Of a stretch of DNA of 64,000 nt, positions 50,666 to 61,431 are shown in pieces (the first letter of the stretch is position 1; each line of letters starts with the position of its first letter). Origin of the DNA: Azolla caroliniana. Taxonomy: Eukaryota; Plantae; Polypodiophyta. The stretch covers positions 16,244,001-16,308,000 of the forward strand of contig JBHGNT010000008.1 of NCBI GenBank assembly GCA_043228905.1. The letters run 5' to 3'. The notes under the pieces were generated by a model. That model had not been told where the DNA came from. It saw only the letters and a program-made list of their open reading frames with translations, and did no database searches. Both the position numbers and the translations under genes were made by a program.

Positions 50666-51278
50666 TATGGCAAGACTCGAACCCATGACCTTAGGTTATA
50701 TGGGTCGAGCTCTTGACCATTAGATCATCTATTGTAATACGTAGGATATTATTTTTATTTACATTTTATTATAGGAAATTAATGTATATTCCAGATTTCT
50801 CTAGAACATTCTAGAAGCTTCAGGATTACTCCTGAAAACACTATAAAAGAGGGCACTAGGCATTATGTTGAACCAAATTGGTTCAACGCCAGTCTTAAGC
50901 CTTTTAGCCACCATTGTATATTCTCTTCACATAATACATATCTTTCTTATCATCACTCTCTCCCTCTCTTGATCTCTCTCTCTTTCTCTCCGTCTCGCTC
51001 ACTTCTTCCTTCTCTCAAAGAAGTTCTACACCTCTCATAGTACTAATCCTTCGTTTAGTACTAATTCCTTCTCTGTCTTAGTACTGTTCCTGACATTATC
51101 CATAGTGCACCAGAATTTTGTGTTATCCCAGTGTTTCTTCAGTTTGTTCACGAGGTTTTCATCTCTTATTCTTGTTACAAAAGATGTTTCTTGGCTACAT
51201 TGCGCGCGTAGGACGGTGTAGAGTCATTGCACGGTGGCTATAGGGATGGGGTGGTGGCGACGACTGCGGTGGGGACGT

Positions 51279-52052
51279 TGTCATGAAGATTTTTGGCTAT
51301 GGTGAGAAAACCAGGAGGGACAAATAAAATGGGGATGTACAACATTGCACATGCATTTGTAAATTTGTGTAATAAGAATAAGTAAACAAAATGTAATGGG
51401 AAGGGTAATAATCTAAGGTGTTAAAGGTGCACCATGAAGTTCGTAGAGGCATAAATGTGTTGTGCACTTTGTAGAGTAGAATGAGTAGTGGGCATTAAGA
51501 GTAAATGTGATAGGAGAGAGAGAGTTAAGGCCCACCGATTTAAGATCAAGGGAGATATTCCCATTAAATGAAAGGGGATTTGACTCCCTCTTGTAATGTG
51601 TTCACCCCTTACTACTATAAAAGGGAGTGAGGGGTCACTAGTGAAGGGGTTGCCTATTTTGAGTGAGAGAGGTATATCACTTAGGTCGAGGGGTTTTATT
51701 CAGTTTTAATGGTTTCTTCTAGGGTTTTCTTCTTGGGTTTCTTTTAGGGTTTCTATGCTTCTTTGCTTACTTATCTGGTTAGGGTTTTCTTGTAGTCGTT
51801 TTGGGTGCGGCCTATGCAACCTTGGTTGTAATCTTTTGTGAAATCTTAATATAGCATGTTGATGTTTCTTGTCTTATGGGTGTATCTTGCCTCCATCTAT
51901 TCTATTCTATTCTATGTTTATGTGTTATTCTTCCTCTTCTCCTCTTGAGCTAAGATTCCATTTTGTGTATTATTCCTTCTCCTCTACTCCCTAGTCCAAG
52001 ACCCCTGTGGTCCCGCCTCGGATCCTACACGTACTCACGGAATACCACGACA
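51279..52052 (+). mobile_element. Solo LTR of the Trp-primed gypsy lineage
   Basis: TGTCA...CGACA termini; start matches the G5 LTR start (TGTCRTGAAGATTTTTGGC); lineage U5 motif near 51992-52016; flanks ACGT (51275-51278) and ACAT (52053-52056). Confidence 0.85.
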
Positions 52053-52452
52053 ACATTGTGACAACCACTGCCTATTGGTCGTTTGCAAGAAGTGGTGGGG
52101 GGCAAGTGTAGGTTCTGCAGAGGGTGTGGTGATTTTTGTGCCCCATGTCTGCAAACCTCCACTTTGCACTGGCAAGGGTGCGCAATTCATCCCAGTTCCT
52201 GCTCCGCTCTCGTTGTGGCTCTCACAAGGATGCCCTTCAGCTCTTGGTTCGTTGGAGTTGTTGCATGCATGGTATTATGACATGTTATGTGAATAAAGAA
52301 AACATAGCTTAAAGGGAAAGAACTAAGCATTGGAACAATAGGATCAAGGGTTCAATACTAACTAAAGACGATGGGGCTAAAACAATGAGTTATAATTCAT
52401 AAGTGACGATAAAGAAGCGTTGTGATACTCCTTGCTAAAATCTAACACCCAC

Positions 52453-52667
52453 TTAACGATAAGAACAAGTGCAATTCATGTTAAAAGGAGATACTACTAA
52501 TGTTAACGATAAGAACAAGTGCAATTCATGTTAAAAGGAGATACTACTAATGTTATCTAACAAGAGAGGTCGTTGACAAGTTCATTGGGTTCAATTGCAA
52601 TGCATGTTAAAAGGAGATAATACTAATGTTATCAAACAAGAGAGGTCGTTGATAAGTTCATTGGGTT
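52453..52667. repeat. 50-bp direct repeat (2 copies plus a partial third) with an associated repeat of about 33 bp
   Basis: TTAACGATAAGAACAAGTGCAATTCATG... at 52453 and 52503; AACAAGAGAGGTCGTTGA... near 52559 and 52635. Confidence 0.85.
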
Positions 52668-54031
52668 TAGGATTTGAATGCCCAAGTTTTGCCTATAAAT
52701 GGAATCATGGGGAAGTAAATCACAAGGGCACATATGAGGCCTACAATGATCAAGGCAATCTTACGATCTATCATAGTCTCACCAAGCAAAAACTCAAGGA
52801 TATGACCCCCAAAATCTTTCTTATACCCTAATATCTTCTCATCTTATGTCAAAAGCTTCAAATATTGTAAACTTTTGTGTAATTGGGATCCAATTCCGCT
52901 AAAACTTATTGTAATTTGTAAGATTATAAAAGTCATAGTGATTTAATATAATTTACCTCTATTGCATTTACTTATTTCAGTAAAAATAAAAATTCTTGTT
53001 CTTAATGTGAATTTGAGCAACAAAGGACAACAAATATAGTCTTAATATCTGCAATAATTGTAGAAACCCAAATTTCCCTCCATTTAGAATTTCTAGGTCA
53101 CTATTAAAGTATTTGGTAGATGGTGGGATTTAACCACACTTCTATTGTTACCACCACCAACACGAATTAATTAAAAAAATATTGTTTAATTACAGTAAGA
53201 ATTATAGAAGTTTAATAAGTATTATTAACTCCCAAAGAGTGGGTTAAACCGAATTTCATTTCTTAAGCCATTGCAACCCACCTACTTGTTAATTATGTCT
53301 AACTATATTTTAAGAATTGTGTTGCAATTGGAATGAGCTTATTTGATGAGCACATAAAGCAAGCCCATGACTAGAGCATAAGTTAAGAGAAATCTCAAGC
53401 CTAATTCTCAAACGCATTCATCAAGCCCAATCCTCTTATTGAAGTGAATCCTTGAATGCAATCCTTGAGCACACATTTCAAAGGCAGTCTTTAGCCTTAA
53501 AGCTCAAAGAAAAGAAGAGAGCAACACAAGAAAGGGAATATGATACTTGGATATAATGTGCGTGTTCTTCTTGACCCCACAACCACCTAAAAGGAAAACA
53601 TCCGAGATCTTTTGATAGTGGCAATCCAACTCATGGTTCCCGATGATCCCACTCAAATAGCACACGTACACGCAATATACATGAAGGAGTTTTAATATAT
53701 AGATAGGTTGAATTTGTAATATGTATGTAAAGGCCATATTATTGATTAAGCATAAAATCATGTGATAGTTACGTTCGTATTATATTATTTACATATAAAG
53801 GGGTAAATGAAGAAAAATTGTAACATATGGACAAAGGAGGATGTGACGTAAGTCCTCCACTTTCAAAACAAGAGACTTACCATTTAGCTTACAACCATGA
53901 TAAATCAATAGTTTCTATACAAACTAAAATTTATAAAGAATTCCAATACAACACACTACATGGAGAACCTCCCTGGACGGTAAAAGGTGCATGGAGTGTC
54001 CTCACAAGGTGAGATATGAGATGGAAAAAGC

Positions 54032-54092
54032 TAGCTTGACAGTTGTGGTGATCACCTTGTAATCGAAGGACAAGGGTTCGAGTCTTACCTTG
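54032..54092 (+). other. Degenerate tRNA-like sequence, possibly a SINE head
   Basis: Weak A-box TAGCTTGACAG; stem CCTT-GTAATCG-AAGG; B-box GGTTCGAGTC at 54075-54084. Confidence 0.4.
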
Positions 54093-54218
54093 ATACGATG
54101 CTCATAAGCATTTCTTCATTGAAAGATAGACTATATATTATTTACAAGAAAAGGAAGAGTGGCTCAACAATTGCTTCCTTGCATCCATTGTTCTTTTGTG
54201 CGTGAAACCACGCGACAA

Positions 54219-54426
54219 TGTGTGAATAACAAACACAGACATATTCACACACTCACTTAGACAACCACATACAATTACATATATACACACTTACACCAAA
54301 ATACAAATAGTCACAAATACACTGTGTGAATAACAAACACAAACATATTCACACACTCACTTAGACAACCACATACAATTACATATATACACACTTACAC
54401 CAAAATATAAATAGTCACAAATACAC
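54219..54426. repeat. 104-bp tandem duplication, AC-rich
   Basis: Copies start at 54219 and 54323 and differ at about 2 positions. Confidence 0.92.
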
Positions 54427-55159
54427 GGGAAAGATGGGTGCCCAATCTTGCACACACTACATTACTATTTTAAGGGAACTCACTTATAAAATCAAATATC
54501 ACACACACACATTCCAATGCACAAATTCATCAAGTCACCCCAGCCACAATTTGAACAAGGCTAAAGAAGGGACCATCAAACTATTGTCATCCTTAATCAC
54601 TCCTCATTCGGGTCCCTTGTGGTCTTGACTCATCTTTCACACCCATGCGCGGATTTGCATGATAATTAATGGTGTGAAAAACTAGTCTGAAATGAGGGTC
54701 TTGCAACAATAGAGTTGTGTTGATTACATATGAGATACTAATGTAGAGAATATTTGGTGGTATGGACATGGATGGTGTTTAGCATTCATTCATCTCAATT
54801 CCTTCACTCAAGTAGAAAAGTATCCATAACCCCTTTATTTCCCTTAACTACATGTGTATTTTCTTACTTGTTTGTTATATCCATAACATTGTTTGACGGA
54901 GGCATCAAAGAGGGTTTGATCAAGACTTGATCCTAAAAGGCAATCCACACTTGTCAAGGAGAAAAAAACATGTTTTTTATTCTCAAGAAGCAAAAGAACA
55001 TAATAATAAAAAAGACCCCAAACGCTTAGACAAACTATGTGCAATTTATCATCGACATCTTAAGGGTTTTATTGCTTGCCAAGTCCAGAACCAAAGTTGG
55101 CCACTCCTACAACTTTTTAAAAAACTAGACATGATTGATAGGATAACATAATGTGACAC

Positions 55160-57511
55160 TTAGGTGAGAGCCCAAAAAGCTTTACTAGATGTAGCTAAAG
55201 GTGATCTAAGGTTGTCAAACCAAGTCCAATAGGTGGGGTTGTATATGGCCGGGGATGCATGCACTAGTCGTGGTGTGAAAGGACCCGCGGATCCTCGCCA
55301 TCCATCAAGACACTTGATTAATGGTAGAAGCAACTTCCCGTCCAATATTGCAATGAAAATCTTCTCAATGTCTTCTCCGGGGCTCCTAGTAGCATTCCCT
55401 CTCAACAAACTAGTTTCCAACTCACCCCTCACAAACTTATAGATCGGGTAGGTTCGGCAGTTCTTGATCTTGTTGGGCACCGCATAATCGCCATTGTCAT
55501 ATCGCTCCCTTGCCTTGGGAACCTCTTTGTCCAAGCTCTTCTTCAAGTGTGCTTCCAACATTGGGATGGCCTTGACCAAGGCCCCCGAATCGTCCTCATT
55601 GTTGTTATCCGAGGGAGTGTTCAATGCTTGATCCACCAGCACCTCTCTCAATTGTGATAGAAGTGCATAGGCCGGATTGGACGGGTTGTCGATGTACGAG
55701 AACACGGGTTGATGGTCCACGACCGAAAGTAGCTCCATCGCCGATGAATTGGTCGAGAGGAGAGATGTGTTCTCCAACTTTAGAGTTGCTCGGATCGATC
55801 GATCCACCAATTTCCTCACCACTGCTTGCATGTTATCTTCGAGGTGCCTCAAGTCCACCGCCTGGCAAAGCGCGGCCAAATATGTCGACGACATGAGCTT
55901 CAAGATCTTGATGGCTTCAGCCGTCTTCCGAGCCGCAATGAGCCCCAAAGAGTTCACATCTTGGTTGTGCTGCTCTGCGCTTTGGACGTGAGTGGTCACG
56001 GGATTCGCGAGGTACTGAAGCTCCGAGCAATAGGCAGCCATCGCGATCTCCGCGCCTTTGAAGCCATAATCCAGGCTCGGGTTCGGGCCTCCGCTCAGAT
56101 TGGAGGGCAAACCGGAGTTATAATAATCGCACACAAGCTCGGAAAATTGGGCAAACATCAATTTGCCGATTGCAGCCAGTGCAATTCTCATGTTATCCAT
56201 GGAGACACCTATGGGGGTGCCTTGGAAGTTACCCCCATGTAATGCCATGTCTCTCGACACATCGATCAATGGATTGTCACTCACCGAGTTTATCTCCCTC
56301 TCGATGGCATGGGTGGCGGCACGGATGACTTCAAGCTGAGGCCCCAGCCATTGAGGTGATGTCCTGAGTGCATACCTATCTTGTTTCGGCTTCGAGAGGG
56401 GGTCTGTCTCGTTAAGCTTCGTGGCCGCCTTCATGTACACACTCCCTTCGAGGAGAAATTCCATGACCGCCGCAGCTTCTATTTGGCCCGGGTGATGCTT
56501 GAGCTGATGCGTGAGAGGGTCGGTGAACTCAGGCTTGCCATTCATCACCTCACAAAAGAGTGCCGAAAGAACCTCCGACAAGAGCACGAGGACATTCGCG
56601 TCAAAGCAAGCATTGGCGGCTACGGCCGCCCCGACCGACGTACCATTGACGAGAGCGAGCCCCTCTTTTGGTTGCAATACAAAGGGCTCCTCCACGCCGG
56701 CTAGCTTTAGGGCTTCTAGGGCCGGAAGCTCCTTGCCATCGGGACCAAAGGCCCGGGAGTTCGGGCGTGCCGTGATCAACCCCGCAATGTAAGCAAGCGG
56801 TAGAAGATCCCCGGATGCGGTGATGGTGCCTCGGAGTGGGAGCTTCGGGACAACATTGGCACACATGATCTTCTTCATGGCATCCAGTATGTCCCACCGG
56901 ATCCCCGAGTAGCCTTGCATGAGGGTATTGGTCCGGACGAGCATGGCCGCTTTGGCGTACTCGGGAGGCAAGAAGCACCCATCTCCATCTCTCCCCAACA
57001 CGCCGGCATTAAGGAAGCGGATGAGCTCTTTCTGAAGATCGAGGGCTTGGCCGGTGCGGCGGTGAGATGCGGCACCGAAGCCTGTCGTAATGCCGTTGAT
57101 GTCGATGCCTCTTCGGATGTTGTCGAGGACCCAATTCGAACTCTCGTCGACACGAGGTTTGGCCTCGACCTCGTCGAGCTCAATGGTGACCGAGGGGCGT
57201 TGGGTGATGGCCGCGACTTGCCCGATGGTAAGGCCACTCCCACTCAACACCACCTTCTCGCACTCGTAGAATTGATGCACCATGCCGCGAACTTCATCGA
57301 AATGGCTACTCTCGAGGTCCTCTGCGGCCTTGACCCAATGTGGGGGTTTGGCAACAGGACCATCGACAAAGAGGAGGTTCTCGCCTTGGACTGGGAGAGG
57401 GAGGGTAGGGGGTCTATGGAGCTCGGCGAGCTTCTTCTGGGTTGTAGAAGAAGACTTGTCGGAGGTGGCCAATGTCAACGAGGAGGAGACACTAGGGGTA
57501 GTCCTAGACAT
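55160..57511 (-). CDS. PAL: Phenylalanine ammonia-lyase family protein, intronless, 783 aa, with the catalytic Tyr replaced by Asn
   Basis: [19 protein letters not shown] motif [32 protein letters not shown] and [12 protein letters not shown]. The first in-frame ATG is at 57511; the ORF track starts at an upstream TTG. Confidence 0.95.
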   Translation of the reverse strand: MSRTTPSVSSSLTLATSDKSSSTTQKKLAELHRPPTLPLPVQGENLLFVDGPVAKPPHWVKAAEDLESSHFDEVRGMVHQFYECEKVVLSGSGLTIGQVAAITQRPSVTIELDEVEAKPRVDESSNWVLDNIRRGIDINGITTGFGAASHRRTGQALDLQKELIRFLNAGVLGRDGDGCFLPPEYAKAAMLVRTNTLMQGYSGIRWDILDAMKKIMCANVVPKLPLRGTITASGDLLPLAYIAGLITARPNSRAFGPDGKELPALEALKLAGVEEPFVLQPKEGLALVNGTSVGAAVAANACFDANVLVLLSEVLSALFCEVMNGKPEFTDPLTHQLKHHPGQIEAAAVMEFLLEGSVYMKAATKLNETDPLSKPKQDRYALRTSPQWLGPQLEVIRAATHAIEREINSVSDNPLIDVSRDMALHGGNFQGTPIGVSMDNMRIALAAIGKLMFAQFSELVCDYYNSGLPSNLSGGPNPSLDYGFKGAEIAMAAYCSELQYLANPVTTHVQSAEQHNQDVNSLGLIAARKTAEAIKILKLMSSTYLAALCQAVDLRHLEDNMQAVVRKLVDRSIRATLKLENTSLLSTNSSAMELLSVVDHQPVFSYIDNPSNPAYALLSQLREVLVDQALNTPSDNNNEDDSGALVKAIPMLEAHLKKSLDKEVPKARERYDNGDYAVPNKIKNCRTYPIYKFVRGELETSLLRGNATRSPGEDIEKIFIAILDGKLLLPLIKCLDGWRGSAGPFTPRLVHASPAIYNPTYWTWFDNLRSPLATSSKAFWALT

Positions 57512-58827
57512 GGGGAGGGATTGGAGATGAGAAGGATGGCTAATGATGAAATGGAAATGGGTTCTTTCAATGCAAAGACACAAGTTTATGAAGAACAGAG
57601 ATACTTGTGGGTATGTTTACTTACATAGGAGGAGATTTAAGAGGTCTAAAGAAGAAGACACTCTTCTTCTTTCTTTGGTATTGTAAGCTTTGTGAAAGAC
57701 TTTTTTGAACATTTGATAAATTCCCATAGGAGGAAAGGAAACTTGACTAGGCAAGAAGAAGAAATTTGTTGGTAAAAGATTTTGATGTGTACTTGGAACA
57801 ATTAGACAATTGACAAGATTGCCTGGATGCTAACAAATAAGTTTATGACATGGCATGACAATTTCTTCATGCCATATCTTGCAGAGCACACATATTGCCT
57901 TTATGTCATATCATATATATCACAAATATTTCTTGTCAAGAGTAGAAAATTTTCAATGTATTTCATTCAATAATCGTGACTCCCGAAGCCATGTTTTGTT
58001 TTAGTCTTCGAAATGTTTGTTGGACACGTTTCCTATTAATATTAGATGATCACACATTTTCCTTGCAATGAGCAAATGCTTCGGACATGGCTACATTGTT
58101 CACTGGAAAGCTCTTTGAATTTTGAAATGAATAGAATATATCATTTCCATGCGATTGATAGAGAGAGAACAAATTTTGGTTCAATATTTTGTAGAGGTGA
58201 CATTATTTCAAGACAAATATGAAACCCTCAATATCTTATTCACTACAATAATATATGAAAGCCTTTTCTCTTACAATCTTTTGTCTTAACATAAAGGTTG
58301 ATTTAATAACATCCTGATATTTTTTGGTTTTCTTTGTTTCGCTCGAATTCGTGATCATCTTGAAAAGAATAACAAGGTGGGTAAATTGACTTCTTCTTTT
58401 TTTAATTATATAAATGATTGCCACTTGATCTCTCACTCTCACATCTTACACACAAGAAAATGTTCTCTTGTGTAATTCAATCGCTTGTTCTCTCATATAG
58501 TAATAATGCTCAAGAGAACTCGACCAAGTTTTTTGCCCACACGTGACACAATTACACAAATTTACATACATATTTACACCAACACCAACACCACATAAAA
58601 CACATTAGAATTTAGAACACATGCATATTTATACATACAAGAACATATTTATATGGACACATTTACAACTAAGCATTTACAAAAACTAAAACTTTCACAC
58701 TAAAACTTACACTACATATTCACATAAAGAATCAAATATGATCACAAATAAATATAAAAAAGTTATACACATTTGCATGTTGTAATAGATTTCAAAATCA
58801 CACAACTATATTAAATAGGGGGATGGT

Positions 58828-58831
<4 letters not shown>

Positions 58832-58873
<42 letters not shown>
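58832..58873. repeat. (GA)n microsatellite
   Basis: About 21 GA units. Confidence 0.95.
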
Positions 58874-58876
<3 letters not shown>

Positions 58877-59550
58877 TTTTATTTTATTTCAAAAAACAAA
58901 ACCCCAATGAGAGTGTTATATACAAATCCTTGTAAGGACGCGATAGTTCCATCTTGTGTCGATGCCCACGGACTCAAGAAAAGGAAAGGACGGCCAATGT
59001 TGGATGAAGGCTAATTGTTGTCTTTCAACTCCATTGGATCCGCATATGAGGCCATTGTATTGGCTCTTTAGAGTGGCTACAACTTCACTCCATATATCCT
59101 GCATTAACATTACTTGATGCACTATTTGGTTGGAGAAGACTCGTCTACACCGTTGTTTCCATAGAATCTAAAGAGTTATTGGGTTGAGCAATTCCAACAC
59201 AACTTGAGATTTGGCATTAATAGGAGTTGAGTGGATATATGTCGATGGTGGGAAAAAAATCCCTTGTGCTTTTATCAACAAAGTCATCCCCTCCTTTTGA
59301 TGTTCGTACCTATCAACTGGGGCCTTCTATGATAACCAACATACATTCCCCCACTTGATTGTGCCTTGCACCTAGCATAATTGTGCGATATTCATATTCG
59401 ATAGGTCTTTGGGTAGTCCCACAAAGTGTGTCAGATTGACTCTGTTGCATTTGGGCACGCTACACAATTAGGAGAGCTAAGGTTCCCACGCTACCATGCT
59501 CCAATTAGTAGTGACCTATGTATTAACAACCATTGGAACTTGGTAATTCG
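58874..59550 (-). mobile_element. 5'-truncated LINE 3' end (zf-RVT region)
   Basis: Minus-strand CVACPNATESI*HTLWDYP and ILWKQRCRRVF; AATAAA before the (TC)n tail. Confidence 0.65.
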
Positions 59551-60399
59551 CCTCTCTCTCTCTCTCTCCAGGATTTTTGCTAAAACTTAGTGATGAGAGA
59601 GAATTAAAATTCCCACCATTAAAACAACTCATTAACAACTATAGTATAATATCCTCTATCTTGTTGACATAGATGATCAATACATGATTGAAGGGAAAAC
59701 CCATACAAAATACACTAAACAATGTTACAAGCTAACCTCATTTTCATAATCTCCCAAGTTGATGCATTGTCTAGTATTTGGATGGCTTATAACATGAAAA
59801 CCATAAAATCTCTAATGTCTCTTCAATTTCACATAGAGGTAACGTATATTTTATAGAACAAATCCAGAAAGAAACCTTTTTAGGTAGAAATGGACTTGTG
59901 AATCTAGTATTGTCAACAACATCAATACTTTTGTATATGAAGCTCCAACAATTAGATCATAATGTAGTTATATGATTGTTAATGTGCATCCCTATAGTAT
60001 CAACATCTGTCTCTCTAGAATTTGTTGTTCCTAACTTGGTTAAGGTGATTAGAAAACTTTGGTAGAGAATATGATAAGAAACTCTTGTTTTTGTTTCCAT
60101 GATAAAGAGTAAGGTATGATCATGCATACCCTACATGAGTAAGGCCTAGAAAGCAAGTTGAGCAATATAAACATATGTTGAAGTCATTGAATAAATCACC
60201 AAATTTTTGACACATGTAAAATTGCATGTTATCAACTGACCTCTAGCATTCTTGAGAGGGCCATGTGTGTTTTTGACTGTTGTCATTTGTATACCGTAAT
60301 ACCATCATGAGATTTTGTGCAAAGAATTAGAATGTTGGGATGCTTGATGGTAATTCCTCAAAAATAGGTATGCTCCATATTTACTTAAAACACAGGATC

Positions 60400-60700
60400 C
60401 ATATGTATGTGTATTAACCCTATTTCTATGTATTGTTAATTCCATGTATGTGTGTTAATTTCTATGTATTAACCCTATTTCATGTGTGTTTCTTTTATGT
60501 GTGGTTGTGTGTATGTGTATTGTTAAAATTCTATATGTGTGTGTAATAGTAACCCTATGTATTGTAATTTTTGTGCATGCTTGTGTGTATGTGAATTCTC
60601 GTATGTATGTATTATTAACCATGTGTATGTATGCGTGCATATAGTGTATGTGTGTGTGTATCATTAACCCAATGTATTGTAATTTCTAAACCCTAAACAT
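60400..60700. repeat. Low-complexity TG/TA region with a recurring TAACCCTA motif
   Basis: TAACCC(TA) recurs about 5 times; CTAAACCCTAAAC near 60686. Confidence 0.6.
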
Positions 60701-61431
60701 CCCATTATGTTCTAGTGTTGTAAACGAGTATAGGTATTTCGCCTTCTAGTTGTTAGGCTAGATCATTATGGTCAGATGACACATGTCATTTGTTGGGTAG
60801 TCCATCATGGTTGCCAATGTGTTGTTCATGTTTTAATGTAATCGTCGAGTAGGATAAGCTTCTTAGCTAAGTGAACATTAATTACATCAGATATCTTCAT
60901 AAAATCCGAGGATAAATCAATGTTGGAATGCTTAACACTTAGCCTTAGGGAATAAGTTAGGAAATGAGTTTTGATATTGGCTCAAATTAAGAAGCCACTG
61001 AGACAGTCATACCTACGATTAGAAAGTGGCGCATGCAAAAATACAAGGAGACTCAGGGAGGGCCTAAACTGAAGGTGGAGGGTTTAGGGTTTACTAAACA
61101 TACTTCTGGTCAAGAGGCGAGCAACGAGTAAGTGGGAATGGATTCGGCTAATCATTTGACCTCAGCTAGAAGCGGCTCTCGGATTGATCGGCAAAAATGG
61201 GCAGGCAAACAATACCTGACAAAAACTAACACATAACATGGATTGGTGTGTGTGTATGTGTATGTGTGAAGGAGCCCAATTTTGATAATATTGGTAATGA
61301 AGGGGTATATGTTTGTAATTTCTCTAAAAAGTTAGAAGAAGAAGAAGAATCTAAAGAAGCTGCAGCTGCAGCTAAAGAGAGAAGGAGAGAGAGAGAGAAG
61401 AAGAAGAAGAATCTGAAGAAGGAACAGAGAC

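Larger units (their letters stand above)
45429..51095 (+). mobile_element. Tcn1/sushi-like Ty3/gypsy chromovirus (G7)
   Basis: LTRs 45429-45864 and 50658-51095; PPT 50645-50657; Gag motifs ALAWF, PMEID and CLYCG; protease LLDSGA; RT YLDD; RH; INT; chromodomain YEVATILD...YLVDWLGY...TWEP. No matching TSD. Confidence 0.93.

Noticed and set aside
51100-51104. CCATA as the right-hand TSD of G7
   Set aside because: It is 4 nt away from the well-defined LTR end at 51095 and is probably chance.
52280-53030. Possible old solo LTR around the 50-bp repeats
   Set aside because: It has a TATA-like motif and TG/CA candidates, but no TSD or second copy to fix the boundaries.
57512-57583. 24-aa N-terminal extension of PAL in the ORF track
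   Set aside because: It begins at TTG; the first ATG is at 57511.
56915-57628. 237-aa ORF antisense to PAL, plus other overlapping ORFs
   Set aside because: These are shadow ORFs of a GC-rich coding strand with no recognisable motifs.
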